A DNA stretch of 64,000 bases from Zancudomyces culisetae HAW-14-8 (GCA_052426225.1 JBNJNM010000007.1:930001-994000), one strand, 5' to 3'. Positions 11,453-24,800 are shown, counted from the first letter of the stretch. Notes: generated by a model not told the origin, from the letters alone. Made by a program: numbers and translations.

Positions 11453-13817
11453 CTATTTTTTGTTTTTATTGATTATTGATATCATTTCTTTAACTTTGAT
11501 TTTGCATTGTTTTTTGCTTTTGGTTCCTACCATCTCTGCAATTAATTCCCATCTATCCTTCTTTACATCCTCTACTGTTGTTGTTGTTGTTGTTGCTGTT
11601 TTGTTTTTTTCCGGTGGATATTTCTTTAGTGCTTCTTGTAATCTCTGTATATCTTGTTTACTCCATTCATCCTCTCCTATTTTTTTGTCTTTTACTTTTT
11701 CTTTGCCTTTTTCGTTAGTTTTACTATCGTTATTACTACCAAATCTTGATTCATAGTTTATTGTAATTTCTTGATTATCCGTTCCTACTCCCATCCCTCC
11801 AACTCCTAACCCAACTCCTAACCCAACTCCTAACCCAGCTCCTACCCCTACTCCTACTCCTCTATTCATACTTCCACCACTGCTAATTGTATTATTTCCA
11901 TGTTTATGTCCAAGTTTAAGTTGTTCAAAATTGGATTCTTGTGTAGATTTACTACTTTTACTAGTAATCTTTTTTTGTAATTCTGTCACTTTTCCAAGTA
12001 CTTGTTGAACACTTCTCTCCCTCCTCCTACCTTCTCCTCCTCCTCCTCCTCCTCCTCCTCCTGCATTATTATAATGATGATTAACATACTCGGTTATTGT
12101 TTCCCATCGATTCAATGTTCCTCCTGGATACTTGTTTGTCGCCTTTATCAATATCTTGACTTCCTCCTTACCCCACTCCCAATCCTCTTCTTCTATTCCT
12201 TCCTTTTTTTTATTTTCATCTCCTTCAATATTTATTGTGGGTTTATACTTGCTTATCACTTTATCCATCTCCTCTACCATTCCTTTTGTACTCGTTGTTG
12301 TTGCTATTTTGCGTATTTCCTGCAAAAATTCCTCACTCAGTTCGTTTTTGTTGGTGATTCTATTTACAACTATCTCTTGTATTTTCTTGTACCTCTCATC
12401 CATCATTTCATTGCTCTTCCCCATTCCTTCTTCACTTTCTTGTTTCCCTTGACGAACAATCGTCTTTCTAATCTGTCTTACCACTTCTTTCAACTCCTTT
12501 CTGATCCGCTTATTTTCCTCTTCTTGATGCTTTCTTGCTTCCTCTTCTCTTCTTTCTCGCTCTCTAGCCTCTCGTTCCTCCTTTTCTCTATTCATCCGCT
12601 CCTCTTCCTCCTTCCTCCTCCTCTTTTCCTCCTTTTCTCTCTTTATCTGCTCCTTATGTCGATTAATCCGTGGATCCTTCTTCATCACCAGATCCACTAT
12701 CTGGTTAATTCGACTATTATCCTCCTTCTTCCTCTTCTCTCTCCTGGCCTTATTCTCCCTATCCACATGCCTCTTTTCTTCTCGGTTTTCCATATTTTCA
12801 TTTTCCACTTTATCTTCATACTCAAAGCTTCTCCATGACTCAAACCTCATCCAGAAATTATAAAACCCAATCACCTTTTCATATGGTGTATCCATGTTTC
12901 CCATCTCTGGAACCGGTTTCTTTTTCGAAAACCTTGCCTCTCTCTCAAACATCTTTGAAAACTTTTCATAAAACTTGCTCTCTTTGCCCTCCCACTCTGC
13001 TACCTCTTTAACACTCGTTTCCTCTACCATTGGGTCCACTGAATCATATTGTCTTCGTTTCTTTTCATCACTCAATTGCTCGTACGCTATCTTTAAACAC
13101 TTGAATATTGTATCATCATATTTCTTGTTTTGCTTCTTACCACCACTCCCCTTTCCTCTTCCTCCTCCTCCTCCTCCTGCTGTTATCTTTTCACTCTCTA
13201 CCAACTTTGCTGCTTTTTTGTCTGGATGATGAATCAAACACTTTTTTCGATACGCTGCCTTTATCATTTCCGCTGTCGCTAAATACCTCAACTTTGATAG
13301 CCCCAATAACGCATAGTGATCCTGTCCCTTCCAATCCGTTGGATCCAAACGATTGATCATCCTATCATCCATCTCCTCTTCGTCCTCCCATCCTTCTTCC
13401 CCACCAGCCCCCAATCCCTTTTTCTTGCCTTTACCCCCTTGTTTCCCAGCACCGTCTTCCAACTCCTTGTGATTAGTTCGAAGCCTTCCTTCACTCCTCA
13501 GTTTTTTTCTAATCTGTCTTGTCACCACTTCATATTCCTCAATGCTCTTTATTTCCGTTCCATGTTCCCTTTCATATTCCAACACCTTTATGATCAATTG
13601 ATATTCCTGATTTCCCGTATCATTTATCGTAGTTGTTTGTGTTTCTATTTCTATTTAATATATTTAATATATTTATTTCTTGGTCTAATTGATCGTTTCT
13701 TTTTATTTATATCACTTTATAAATGTATTTACAAAGCTTGCCTTTTATACATGCCTTTTTATCTTGGCCTGTTATTATTGCCTCTTTTACGCTAGGTACA
13801 TTGATTAAAACCCTCAT
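11453..13817 (-). CDS. ZUO1: Zuotin/DNAJC2 ribosome-associated J protein with two C-terminal SANT/Myb domains; first exon (13817-13742) tentative
   Basis: DWKGQDHYALLGL, HHPDK, zuotin homology domain (FEREARFSKK...FESWRSFEY) and SANT repeats (WGKEE...YPGGTLNRWETI; WSKQD...DRWELIAEMVGTKSKKQC). The main ORF lacks an ATG and begins at a splice acceptor near 13650/13644. Confidence 0.9.
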
Positions 13818-14837
13818 TTCTTGTTTCGTTTCGTATCGTATTATATTGTATTGTTCTGTATTGAATTGTATTTTACTTTATTTTATTATTCCAAATACAA
13901 CATACTCTCCTCACTTTTTTTAGCTTTTAAATATATTATTGCTTTTCAAGCAATTCTCTGGATTTCAATAATTGCAATGATTTCAATATTCTCCCTAATT
14001 TTGACAAATAAAAATCCGACTTTTCTATTTTTTCAATCCAAATCACGCCCCCCATCTCTTTCCTCCCCCTACTTATTAAGAAAACTAGTATTTTATTTCT
14101 GTTTATTTATTTACGATTACCAAAACTATAAACTAGAAAACGGAATTAAATCAAGTTAAAAAAAAAATTAAAAAAATTTATCTGGCCTGAAAATTTTCTT
14201 TTAATCTTTCAAAAAAATACCAGCTATTAATTATTATTTATTTATTGATTTTTTTATTTTTATTTTTTTTTTTACTGATAAAAGGAAATTACAACAAAAA
14301 TTGAGAAACAGAGTGGGGGTAATATAGCATAAGGGTTATGTGTTGATTTGATCAACGTTTTGCTAAACAAGCACGAGAAAAAAAAAATTAAAGATATTTT
14401 ACAAGCTTTTTTGTCTTTTTTTTTTAAAATTACAATTCGAATTGTAAATGTATATACTTGATTGATTAACTCTAATACTCGATAAACCACAACAATCGAA
14501 AAGAGAAGAAAAAGAAATATTCTAAATCTAATCGTAGAATTCAACCTTTTTTCAATCATTTTCACTCTACCATTTTATCTCCCCTCACTGTAACTTTGGT
14601 AGCTGGTATCTAGTAACTGATAATTGGTAACTATCAATTTCAATATAATATTTTTCCAAGACTTTTGATTTTCTTTGATTATTCAATCCTAAACAATATA
14701 CTCTCTATGATTTAACAAGGTTCTGGAATTAGGCCAATATTACTTTATCAATTTGGATACTAATATAAACCCAGTTTGGTTATTTAGATAAATAGATTTA
14801 CAAACGAGAAAACAACAAAGAACGAGAGGAGAAAATA

Positions 14838-16202
14838 ATGTCAAATTCATTCGCAACTCTATTTCGACAATCCAAAGTCGCTGCCTTTGATCCAAAGATC
14901 AAACAAGCATACACCTTTGTAACTCCAAAAACCGCAAAGAAAATCAATAGTGCCAACTCAACCAAGAACTTTGGACTCAAACACGATCTTCCACCCACGG
15001 TAAAGACAAACTACATTACAATCAATCAATTGGATACCTACGCCCAAGTTCCCGATTTTACTAGCGCCAATCAACAAGTAAACTATATCAAAATATTCAA
15101 GGAAAACTTTGTAACTTCGAAATCACCCATTGAATCCGAAACCTTTAAGAGCGTCATACTCCCAAACAGACTCTCGTTCAGCGATTCATTGTATGGACCT
15201 GGTACTGGTGGTGGTATAGGTCTCTTTGGCGGAGCAGATTTTGGTAGAAAAAACGACTACTCCTCACGTAACAAGAATGACGGCTTCATTTTTCCTTCAA
15301 GACCCGGCCAGCAACAACGGTCAGGAATCAACAATAACGAAGCAAAAGAAGTTTTGAACTCTGAATTTATCAATAAACTAAACATTAACAAAAAAGTCGG
15401 CTCTAGTTCTGCCACCTCTGACCAGAGTCAGAGCCAGAGTCAAGACCAACAACAAGGCACTGGTACTGTCTCTAAAAAACTCTCTTCAACTCCATCTCCC
15501 ACAACCATTTCGAAAACCAAAACTGACTATTACAAATTGGGCAAACGTGAATGGCAAAACTTCCTTGCTGAAGCTAGAGCAAAATCACAGGAATGGAGAC
15601 AGGCTGTGGATTCCCAAAAATTCAATAAAAATGAACACCATACTTTTATGAACACTTACTCGTCTCCAACAAAGGCCACCGCATCTAGCCACCAAAAACA
15701 GATCACCGCCGTCATTCCTACCTATCACAACTACCTTCCTACCGACCCTGATGAACTCAAGGTCAAAGGTCGTATCCTCAACAGAACCGAACAAGGTTAT
15801 GTCGTTGGTATCCAGGGCCTGCTTGCCTTCTTGCCCCACCGCAAATCTACCGTCAGTAAGAACGACAAGATCTACAGAACCCTGCGAACATTCTACGTCG
15901 TTGGCGCTGAATTCTCCAACATCCGCGACAAAAACGGTCTCTTGGTTCCAATTATTGAACTCTCCGAATTCCCTCCAGCAAGTCTTGTCTCAAACAACCC
16001 AACCCTTGTCTCCAGATCTCCAAACAAGTACTCCCACTCTTCCTACCCTCTCCCTAGCTCATACGGGGCATACAATGTACCCAACCCTTCTTCCTCTCAA
16101 ACTAGCGGCAACGAATCCGGCTCTTCAGCACCATCTTCACCAAACAACTATTCTAGCTATGCAAAAACCTACCTTTCCCATCTAACTAACAAAAAACAAT
16201 AA
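14838..16202 (+). CDS. MRP51: Mitochondrial small-subunit ribosomal protein bS1m/Mrp51-like
   Basis: N-terminal FATLFRQSK...FGLKHDLP...YITINQLDT resembles the fungal Mrp51 pattern. VKGRILNRTEQGYVVGIQGLLAFLP is an S1-like segment. Confidence 0.65.
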   Translation: MSNSFATLFRQSKVAAFDPKIKQAYTFVTPKTAKKINSANSTKNFGLKHDLPPTVKTNYITINQLDTYAQVPDFTSANQQVNYIKIFKENFVTSKSPIESETFKSVILPNRLSFSDSLYGPGTGGGIGLFGGADFGRKNDYSSRNKNDGFIFPSRPGQQQRSGINNNEAKEVLNSEFINKLNINKKVGSSSATSDQSQSQSQDQQQGTGTVSKKLSSTPSPTTISKTKTDYYKLGKREWQNFLAEARAKSQEWRQAVDSQKFNKNEHHTFMNTYSSPTKATASSHQKQITAVIPTYHNYLPTDPDELKVKGRILNRTEQGYVVGIQGLLAFLPHRKSTVSKNDKIYRTLRTFYVVGAEFSNIRDKNGLLVPIIELSEFPPASLVSNNPTLVSRSPNKYSHSSYPLPSSYGAYNVPNPSSSQTSGNESGSSAPSSPNNYSSYAKTYLSHLTNKKQ

Positions 16203-16323
16203 TATTATTACTGAATTTTTTTTTATCGACTTGTTTATTAATTTATATTATAAAAGGTTTCATTCGTTTACTAAACTATCAATAAAATAAAAGGTTTAAA
16301 CACAATTGGTATAGGGAAACAAA

Positions 16324-17719
16324 CTAGTTGGATGATGCTTGGGATGAAGTTTCTTTATCTTCATCATCATTGTCCTCAAGTGACAGTTTTTCGGTTCTGT
16401 AGTTTTCGTACAACATGTTTTGTGTTATCTCGCGCAAATCTCCAATGTGTGAGTTGAGCAAAACATATCTAAGACGATCAAAGTCTGAGTGTTCTTCATT
16501 ATCAACCTCGACTGCTCCCCATGGGTATAGTCGTGCTCTTACTGGTCGGTTGTCCTTCTCAACAACCTCTTCGCATCCAACAACTGCAAATGGGAGTGAG
16601 GCTCGGAGCTCATTGTTTTCCTCAATGGTTTCCTCGTCATCATCATCAACTGTTGGGAACATGTAAACTGGGATTCTGTAAAAGTCAATATCTTGCATGA
16701 TCTATAATTGGTAATTGGATTCTTGTTAGTTTTGCTGTTTCCTATGTGTTGTATTTTTTTTGTTTTCTTTAGGGTGGGGAGGGGGGGATTAATAATACTT
16801 ACTCTCTTTTTGAATTTCTTCAATTCATCAACTGTCATGCTGTCGGCTCTTCCAATAATTGGAATGACATTGACTCTGCTGCCCAATCTTCTCATCAACT
16901 CGATATCAATCTCACGGAGTCTATAATTAGAAATTTATTATGATGGTTAATTCTGGTATCTTTAAATCGTCTTTCCAGCAAAAGTGTTCAAATCTAGCAG
17001 CTAGTGATCATCTCTAAGACTTACGAGTGACCTGTTGGTGTGATGAAGTACAACAAAGCATGGACTCTTCCATCTCTGAACTTGGGGTTACGCTTGATTC
17101 TGTTTTCTTCTTCCAACACTTCGTCGAATTGGTATTCAAGATAATCTTGGATTTCTTTAAAGTTGTCACTGTTATCAATAGAATCTCCAAATCCTGGTGT
17201 ATCAATGACATTAAGCAAAATTCTCATTCCGTCTTCCTCAATATCAACAGTGTAGTGTTGAATTTTCATGGCCTCAGGAAGCTTGGTGGTTTCGGCGTTT
17301 TCTCCGTCATCAGGAATAACAATGGCTCTTTCGCACAGTGTATTCAAAAAGGTTCTGCGACCAAGACCTGATGGACCTATTTACATATTAACACACACCA
17401 CATATATTAGTCATTGTTGTATATACACTGCTCGCCATACACCAATTTTCAAAAGATAGTACAACATAAACCCAGGAAACCCGAAACACAAACTGGCTGA
17501 ATACCACTCCTTTCCTCTTCTCAGTAGTATCCAAAATACTACCACGCAGATATAGATATATAGAAAAAACTATTGCACTCTAATGCACTTACCAACCAAC
17601 ATCACATTGAAGGGGAGTCCCTTTTTGGCGTTCTTGTATCTATGACTGCTTGGACGAACATACTGTGAATAGACACTAGGGCTGTTCGTTGCTGATTCTT
17701 CATATGTAGTTACTGCCAT
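16324..17719 (-). CDS. CDC11: Septin, Cdc11/AspA/Spn3 group; exons 17719-17593, 17376-17025, 16920-16803, 16701-16324
   Basis: Polybasic KNAKKG, G1 GPSGLGRRTF (Arg in place of Lys, as in the Cdc11 group), DTPGFG, G4 GRAD and septin unique element RLYPWG...LYENYR. Three GT-AG introns keep frame. Confidence 0.85.
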
Positions 17720-19895
17720 CTTTTAATATCCTCTTTTTTTTTGGCTTCTTTTGGAAAATATTTTACCAGGGATAGTTTATATTGTATTTTATATATGTAC
17801 GTTTAGGTATAGGAAAATGAAAAATTACAAACCCAACATTAAAAACCAAATGTCTGAAATATCTAGGGTTTTGTTTGTTTTTATTTTGTTTTCTGTTGTA
17901 TTTTAAAACTTGATACCTTCCTGTTTACTTTATTATTCCTATTACATTTTCCCCCATTAAAGCATGCTAACAAAACTTTAACATTATGAAATAAACAATG
18001 AAAATCCCATTTATTGTATTGCTTGCCCTATGTACACCCATAAAAAAATAACTATTCAAAAAAGGAAAAAAAAAACATTCACCAACACATATTTATCTCC
18101 TCACCCTCTCTCCCCTTTCTTCTCTTCTCTTCCCTCCACCCTCTCTCTTTTTTTTTCCAGATATTTAAAAGTAATAACATTAGTATTGGTGTCGATTTTT
18201 CCATTATTAGTTTTGTTTGTACAAATTCTAAACATAACGCCTGCTAGCTATTGTTAGTACCTAATGTTGGTATTAAATTAAAAAAAGACATAGTCTAACA
18301 CTCCTTAATCTCGTTTCCAAAAGAAAGAAAAGCGAGAACGCTTGTTACTCTAGCAAATAATCAGAGAAAAAGAACAATCGGGGTGAACACTCTGGCAATG
18401 ATCCTATTCCAGTATATTGCTTTTTTTCATTTCCATTATGTCTATGAGTACTTGATAGTTGGTTCCTGCCTTGCTATTTCGTTCTTTTTTTTTTGTTGTA
18501 TCTTGAACTCGTGTGAGTCGAATTGGCGAAAAAAATAAAGGTACATTTATCCCATCACTTATTTTTTTTTCTTGCTACTCATTCTGTGGTAAACCCTATG
18601 CTTTGTTCTCTGTTTTGCTTACTTTTCCCCAAAGCTGAATAGGGAGTTGGATAGATTTTCTTTCCTGTATACACAAAACAATGACGACGTGTTGTAGTTA
18701 ATAATTAAGTGATTGATTATTACTAGTCTTCATTGCTTTTTCGCCTCCGATATGATTGTGCAATAGTTGATTGTTTATGCTTTTTTTTTGTTTGGAAAAT
18801 ACTAACCTTCCTTTTCATTATGTGTACCTATAGTTACGATTATTCACCAGTGTGTGTATTAAATTGTATGAGCATGTATGTATTTGCTCTTGTTTTTGTT
18901 ATTTCTTTTGTAATGTGCCAGCACAAACTTAACAATGGGTAGCAGTAAGCTACTTGGGCATCTTGCTAAACAAAAAGCGAATGGCAAAAATGTTTAATTT
19001 GGATTATTCGCCTTATTTTGTTATTTCTTGTTTCTTTATGCATCTTTTATCGTTAATAAATGAAATAATTAATCACCACAATGATAAAATTTTTAAAAAC
19101 AGCAATCCTGATTATCAATGCTTGGTTGAACTCGGTTGCATTCTTGGTGATTACCTCTTGAAAGCATATTGAACGACCTTTATGTTTTACCCTATTTTAT
19201 CATTATTTTTCGTTTATATACGAATTGTGTGTATGTAATTATTTCTTTCTTCCATACAAAACATAAACCAAATAATTAAACTACATTTTTACCGCGTTCC
19301 CTTTCTTAATGTATCTTCACTGCTCTTTATTTTCTTGCAGCAGCTAGCCCCACTTACTGTATTAACTGGTTGATACAGTAGCTTGCCATCAACAAATACT
19401 AGCCCTAAAACATGTATATTTTAAATTTATTTCGCTGGTCAAAGTTGGTGAGTTCAAGGCTAATATAGAGTTACAGTGTAACAGCAGCTATATTATTGGG
19501 GAGAGTTGTAAAGAAAAATATTCAAACCACATCTTGTTATATAAATGTACTTGCAGAATTGACATGTAAAATTCGGAAACACACCCCGCAATACTTCGAG
19601 AAATATAAGGCTGATGTGGATTACACTAGTCTACTTTAGAGCCAATTTGAGTCATCATCCATTTGCTACGTTCGCCTAAACTAATGAAAAAGAGAGTTTA
19701 TTACTGCTATTGTTGGTAAATATGCATAAAAAACATAGTAGAACCAAAATAAAAAAACGACAAGCAGTCTGAATCTATACCCAGACAAAGGTATAAGGCA
19801 AAGTGCCAAAGTGTAATTGGTCTATTCTGGTCAGTAAAATGTTAACTACGGAAATGGCCCTACTAGTAGCGGAGTTGGTCGTATCAATTCCAAAA

Positions 19896-21554
19896 CTACA
19901 GCACCTTTGTAAGTGCATCAATCTTTTCAAGGGCGCTTTGTTGTTCAGTTAAAAGCCCAAGTTTTTTGGCAAGATCAGCAGACTTTGAATAATAATTGAC
20001 AGCCAAGACTTTGTTCTTTTTCAGAGTTTCGGGGTCGCTCTATGAATAACGCGTATCAGATTTGGTAGATTTTGCTGATATAATGGTAATAAATTTATAT
20101 TTTGGTAAACAAAGTGTACTTACAGCTTTCGAGAAAAAGTTTCCAAGAAGCATAAGGGTGCTAATACTACATTGATCACAATAAAACGAGCCATTGTGGT
20201 TCAGTGAAGACTGTAGTGAAGAATATGCCAAATCCAGAATATTGCTTGGATCAAGGCTGCCAGAGAGAGCAGGGTTCTTTGTGTAAAGATGACAGAGTTG
20301 GAGCATGGCCGCAGAGTCAACACAATCCCAAGAGCTGCCACTGCTATTTTTATCCTTGGAGAGGTTTGCTTTTATATTTAAAGGTGCAAGCAATTCTTTG
20401 ATTTTGGAGAGGAGTGAATCGGAATCAGCACCAGGATCTAGAATCGAGTCTAAAGATGGAGTCTTTTCAGCCTTCTCTATTCCTTCTGAATCAGATACAC
20501 CCAATTCACTTTTAGTATGGTGTTCGTTGGCCATTTTAATCACAGATTTGAAACAAGTCTCTGCATTTTCAAACATTTCACGGTTAATCTTGGCATCAAT
20601 GCTCTTGTCGTTATCAGCCGAACTGTTGATTAGCAGCGTGTAAATTTCACCTAGTGATAAAGTAATCAACGCCTTGTAAATTGTCAAGTCAACAGTATTA
20701 TCTTTTTCCTGGATCGATTTGAGTACCTGTAATGCAGATGCGAAATTCGTCTTGGCCTGGCTAAACCTGGAAAGACTCATGTTGTTTTCAGCCATTTTTT
20801 CCAGAGCCTTCAGAGTAAGCAGTAGGTATCCCACAGTAGCAGCAGTAGTCTCTGAATCCAAAGCTGTTCTAGATACACCATCTTCAGCAATAGAGTCGTT
20901 TAATATTGAGTTCGTCAGGATTTTGTTCAACATACTGTTCGACGACTTGTATTCACCCATACTTGAATAACAATCTGCCAGTTCGGAATACACCGCCAAA
21001 ATCATGGTGTTATTCTTTGCACTATTTGGGCCATCTTCTAACGCCTTTATTACTGATAAAAGATATTCTTTGCTGGCTTGTGGATCTGGATCAACAGTTT
21101 TTTTGTATTTTGCATACCGTAATAGTTTGACAAGCTCAGGATCGAGCGTATCGATATCTTTGCTATTTACAAATTCGGAAATATCGACTGTCTTGGACAT
21201 GTACCAGTTGAATCCATATACATAGCATGTCAGTGCTGAGGCAAACGAAAGTGCCAAGATCAGCATTCCTTTACTGACACGGTAGTAAAGAGAACTCTTA
21301 TCAATGACTTTATATTGCTCTCTGTTTAGTTGGTTTTCGTAAATAGACAACAACGGATCCTTTTTGTTTGTTGCAATCAAGTCGAATTTGCTTGTTGAAA
21401 TATATCGCTTTGCCGAGAGTTGAGTATTACTATCGGTAACCCATCGTTGGTGTTCGAAATTCCCTCGCTTCAGTAACGAAATTATGGCGGTTGGGGATTT
21501 CTTACCTTTAAGTGGTAGCTGGAAGGCCAACTTTGAAGTACTGGCCAGTGCCAT
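19896..21554 (-). CDS. Probable mitochondrial single-TM helical-repeat (TPR-like, Mgr3-like) protein; exons 21554-20124 and 20039-19896
   Basis: Basic presequence-like N-terminus, one TM (GMLILALSFASALTCYVYGF) and TPR-like helices. The GTAAGT...ATAG intron at 20123-20040 adds an in-frame 47-aa last exon ending DALTKVL*. Confidence 0.6.
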
Positions 21555-21852
21555 TTTTTTGTTTTTTTTTGTGGATTCGTGTATTTATAAGAGTTTGGAT
21601 TTGAAGGTTTTCAAGATTAGTACAGACTAAAATGCTGATAAAAAACACACACACAAATATAAAGTGGTATTCGATGATTTGATCTCTTTTTTTTTTTTCT
21701 CAATTATTTTATTTTATTTGAAAAAGCAAAGAAAAAATATATGGGTATGAAATCTTGATTCTACTAGAAAATAATTCATCAAACCAAACAAAGCTATACT
21801 AGACAAACAAGCAAACAAAAGTAAAAAAAAAAGCAAAGAATAAGTAAACCCA

Positions 21853-24800
21853 CTATCTCTTCAGACTATAGATGCTGAAATTGGCAAACGAATCGTCAGC
21901 ATCACCACCTTTGCCATCACCTTTATCAGCATCATCACTATCCAAGTTGACAAAGTTACTACCATGAGCACCCTTTGTGCGCCTGTTATAACCAAAGTAA
22001 GAGCTACTGTTAGTACTATTACTAGCGGTCGTGTTGGATGTAGCCAGATCATTTCCCATTACAGAAATATCATCATCCTCAAGAAAATCACTGTGGTCAG
22101 TAAACTCGACTCGTTTTTTATTGAGGTTGGTATTGACGCTGGCGTTGACGTTGACGCTGGCGTTGGCTGATGTCCTGGTAGTGGTATTGCTGGTACTTCC
22201 CCGAGTTCTTGTAGAACTTTTGACCGATGACCCAAAGAAATCTGTAAGGTTGGATTCCTTTTTAATTGACGCTACAGTGGCTCGCGTAGAAACTGACTGG
22301 GATTCTGGTATTACGATTGCAGCAAACTTTTCCAAGCCACTGATCGTGCTTTTACCTTTCCCTCTACCTCTGCCTCTACCCGTATCTCTGTCAGTTTCTT
22401 GTTTTATAGATTTTGCTCTGGTATTTCTTGATGACTGTGTAGCGGTCTTTGTTTGAGTTGACCGTTTATTGGAAATCGGGTGATCATCAAATTCACTGCC
22501 AGAACTAAGAATCTCATTTATACCATCGTCATCGTCATCGTCATCGTCATTATCATCGTCATTATCATCGTCATTATCATCGTCATTATCATCGTCATTA
22601 TCATCACTATCGCTTGGAATAACCTTTTCGTTCTTGATTTCATTGTTGCTGCTGTATTCATCACTACTATAGTCCTTTTTATTTTTTCCCCTGCCCTTTG
22701 TTTTACTTGCTGCACTCTTGGCTCCCCTAGTTGTAGTTCGAGATCGTGTAGTTGCGGCTGCTGTTTGTTTTTTTGTGGTGGTGCGTCGACCTTTTGTAGT
22801 GGGTTTTTTTTCAGCACCAAAGTCTGAATCTGAATTTAAATCTGAATCAAATCCCACACTCGCACCAACATCCTTGTTCTTTCCTTTATTTGAGCTTTGC
22901 TCTTGATCTGAATCTAGACAATCCGAGTCCAAAACCAAATCCATCGGTGTAAACGAACTATCTTTTAAGCTGGATTTTGAAAATCGAGCCAGTGATCCTT
23001 GTTGTCGCTCATCATTACCTCCTTCGTTTTTATTATTATTGTTGTTGTTATTGTTATTACTATTACTATTGTTACTAGTGGATTCTAATAATGACAGAGA
23101 AACCCTCCGCTTCTTCATTTTTTGAGAAAAAAAGTTGTCTAGATGCGTTTTTATAATTGTTTCATCACAAAAATCAACAACCCCAGCGTCATCGCATCCG
23201 TTTGCTCCACGGTTGCCATAACTATTGATGATGTTTGTCTTTACTGTCAGGTTGATTTCTTTAAGTGTCTTTGTCAAAAACTGCGAAATTGCACCAGAAT
23301 CACCCTTTTCCACAAACATCTTGACTGCCTCGTTGATTTCTCCATCAATCAATAATTCCATATTTTCCACCTTCAGAATATCTCCAATCTCCAGTTTCAT
23401 CGGCCCTGAATTTCCTTCTTCCTCACCTCTCGAAAATGGACCATCATTCTTGTTATCAACCAGGCTCTTTGAATCAACCGCTCTATCTAAATGTCGTCTT
23501 TTGGACCTATGGAAGTGTATCATTTCGCGTGGATTTGCTACTTTTTGAGCAAATTGCAGCCCAAACTTATGCGAATAAAACGGCTCTATTTCCACCGAGC
23601 TTTTTGCATTGTCCGCATCTGAATATTCCACACGCAATCGAATCAGTGGCAGTGGTGTTGATCCCAAAAAATTTGTAACTCTGTCATCGCTATTATTACC
23701 AACCTCATCGTTAAATGAATAACTTTCAGAAACTCTCTCAGTAAACATTTGTTGTGCCTCTTGCAGCATTTCTTCCACAACCTCTACAAGCTTTTCCTGT
23801 TGGTTCTTTTGTTTCTTTTTCCCTGCAGTACTATCTAAATACGCTGAAATATTAATATCTCTGATAAGTAATGGACGAACGTTAACTAGAGGAATCTTTG
23901 TGAGTTTAAACCGTTTTCCACGGATATGCAGCAATCCAATGTGCTTGGTTACAGCCTCGCTGAGCGATAACGAAGTGGCCACCGATGAACCAGGTTGAGA
24001 CACATAAAATTTCTTTGCTGTGTTTGGATGTGGATCAATTTTGCACTCGTGCTCGTGACCCCATATCACCAGATCTAAACATTCGTCCAAAAAGCTTTCT
24101 GGAATATAGTTTGTGACTTTTGCTGCTGAAAATGCACCACCTGCTCCCCTAGGTACATTACTCTGATGTATTACCATCAGATTAAACGCAGAATCTGCCT
24201 CAGTATCCTCAACTGGCGGCTTGATAAATTTGACTTTTTTGTTTAAAAACGTACGATGTAGTCTGTCGTCCCGTATATTTCCCAACCCATATATTGCAAG
24301 CCGATTATTACCTTTTCGTAGCTCCAATGGATGAATTTCAATCTCATCAATATTGTTCGCCTTTCCAAAATACCTTACAAATCCTGCAACTGATAATAGA
24401 TCTAGTGCAGACAAACCTCGTTCACCGCTCGGATCGTCGTGGTTTCCGTGGATTATATAAACCGGTATTTTAATCTCAAGTTGTTTGTGCTGACTTCGGC
24501 TTTGACTTTGGCGCTCAGTGCCATCGACAAGCCCCAAACTTTTCAAATGTGCATATGCTGCATTTTGGTTACTAATCGTGTTGCCTCCAGAACTGTGGTC
24601 TAAGGTATCAGTATCCGTGCTCTTTTCCACACAACAGTATTTTCTAAACAATCTAAATGTTTCGTAAATCGTGGTCCGTGAAGGTTGGTTCAGGTGGAAC
24701 AAATCACCACCCAGCAAAATAAAATCAACTTTGTTAATGTTGGCCTGTTGGAGGATCTCCTCAAAGACATTGAACGAGTCTTTACCTCGAATAGGATCTT

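Noticed and set aside
11800-11860. TTAGG-containing 12-nt repeats inside zuotin resembling telomeric repeats
   Set aside because: They encode a GVGL low-complexity linker and are best explained as a coding minisatellite.
17340-17376. Septin P-loop with Arg instead of Lys as a sign of pseudogenization
   Set aside because: G1 Arg is typical of the Cdc11/AspA group, and the gene is otherwise intact.
18200-19850. Long intergenic region searched for tRNA, snRNA or selenoprotein/SECIS signals
   Set aside because: No cloverleaf, snRNA motif or in-frame TGA ORF could be supported by eye. An Infernal/tRNAscan run would be needed.
22525-22606. Regular repeats considered as a CRISPR-like array
   Set aside because: These are spacer-less coding tandem repeats in a eukaryotic gene. 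No CRISPR array was seen in the window.
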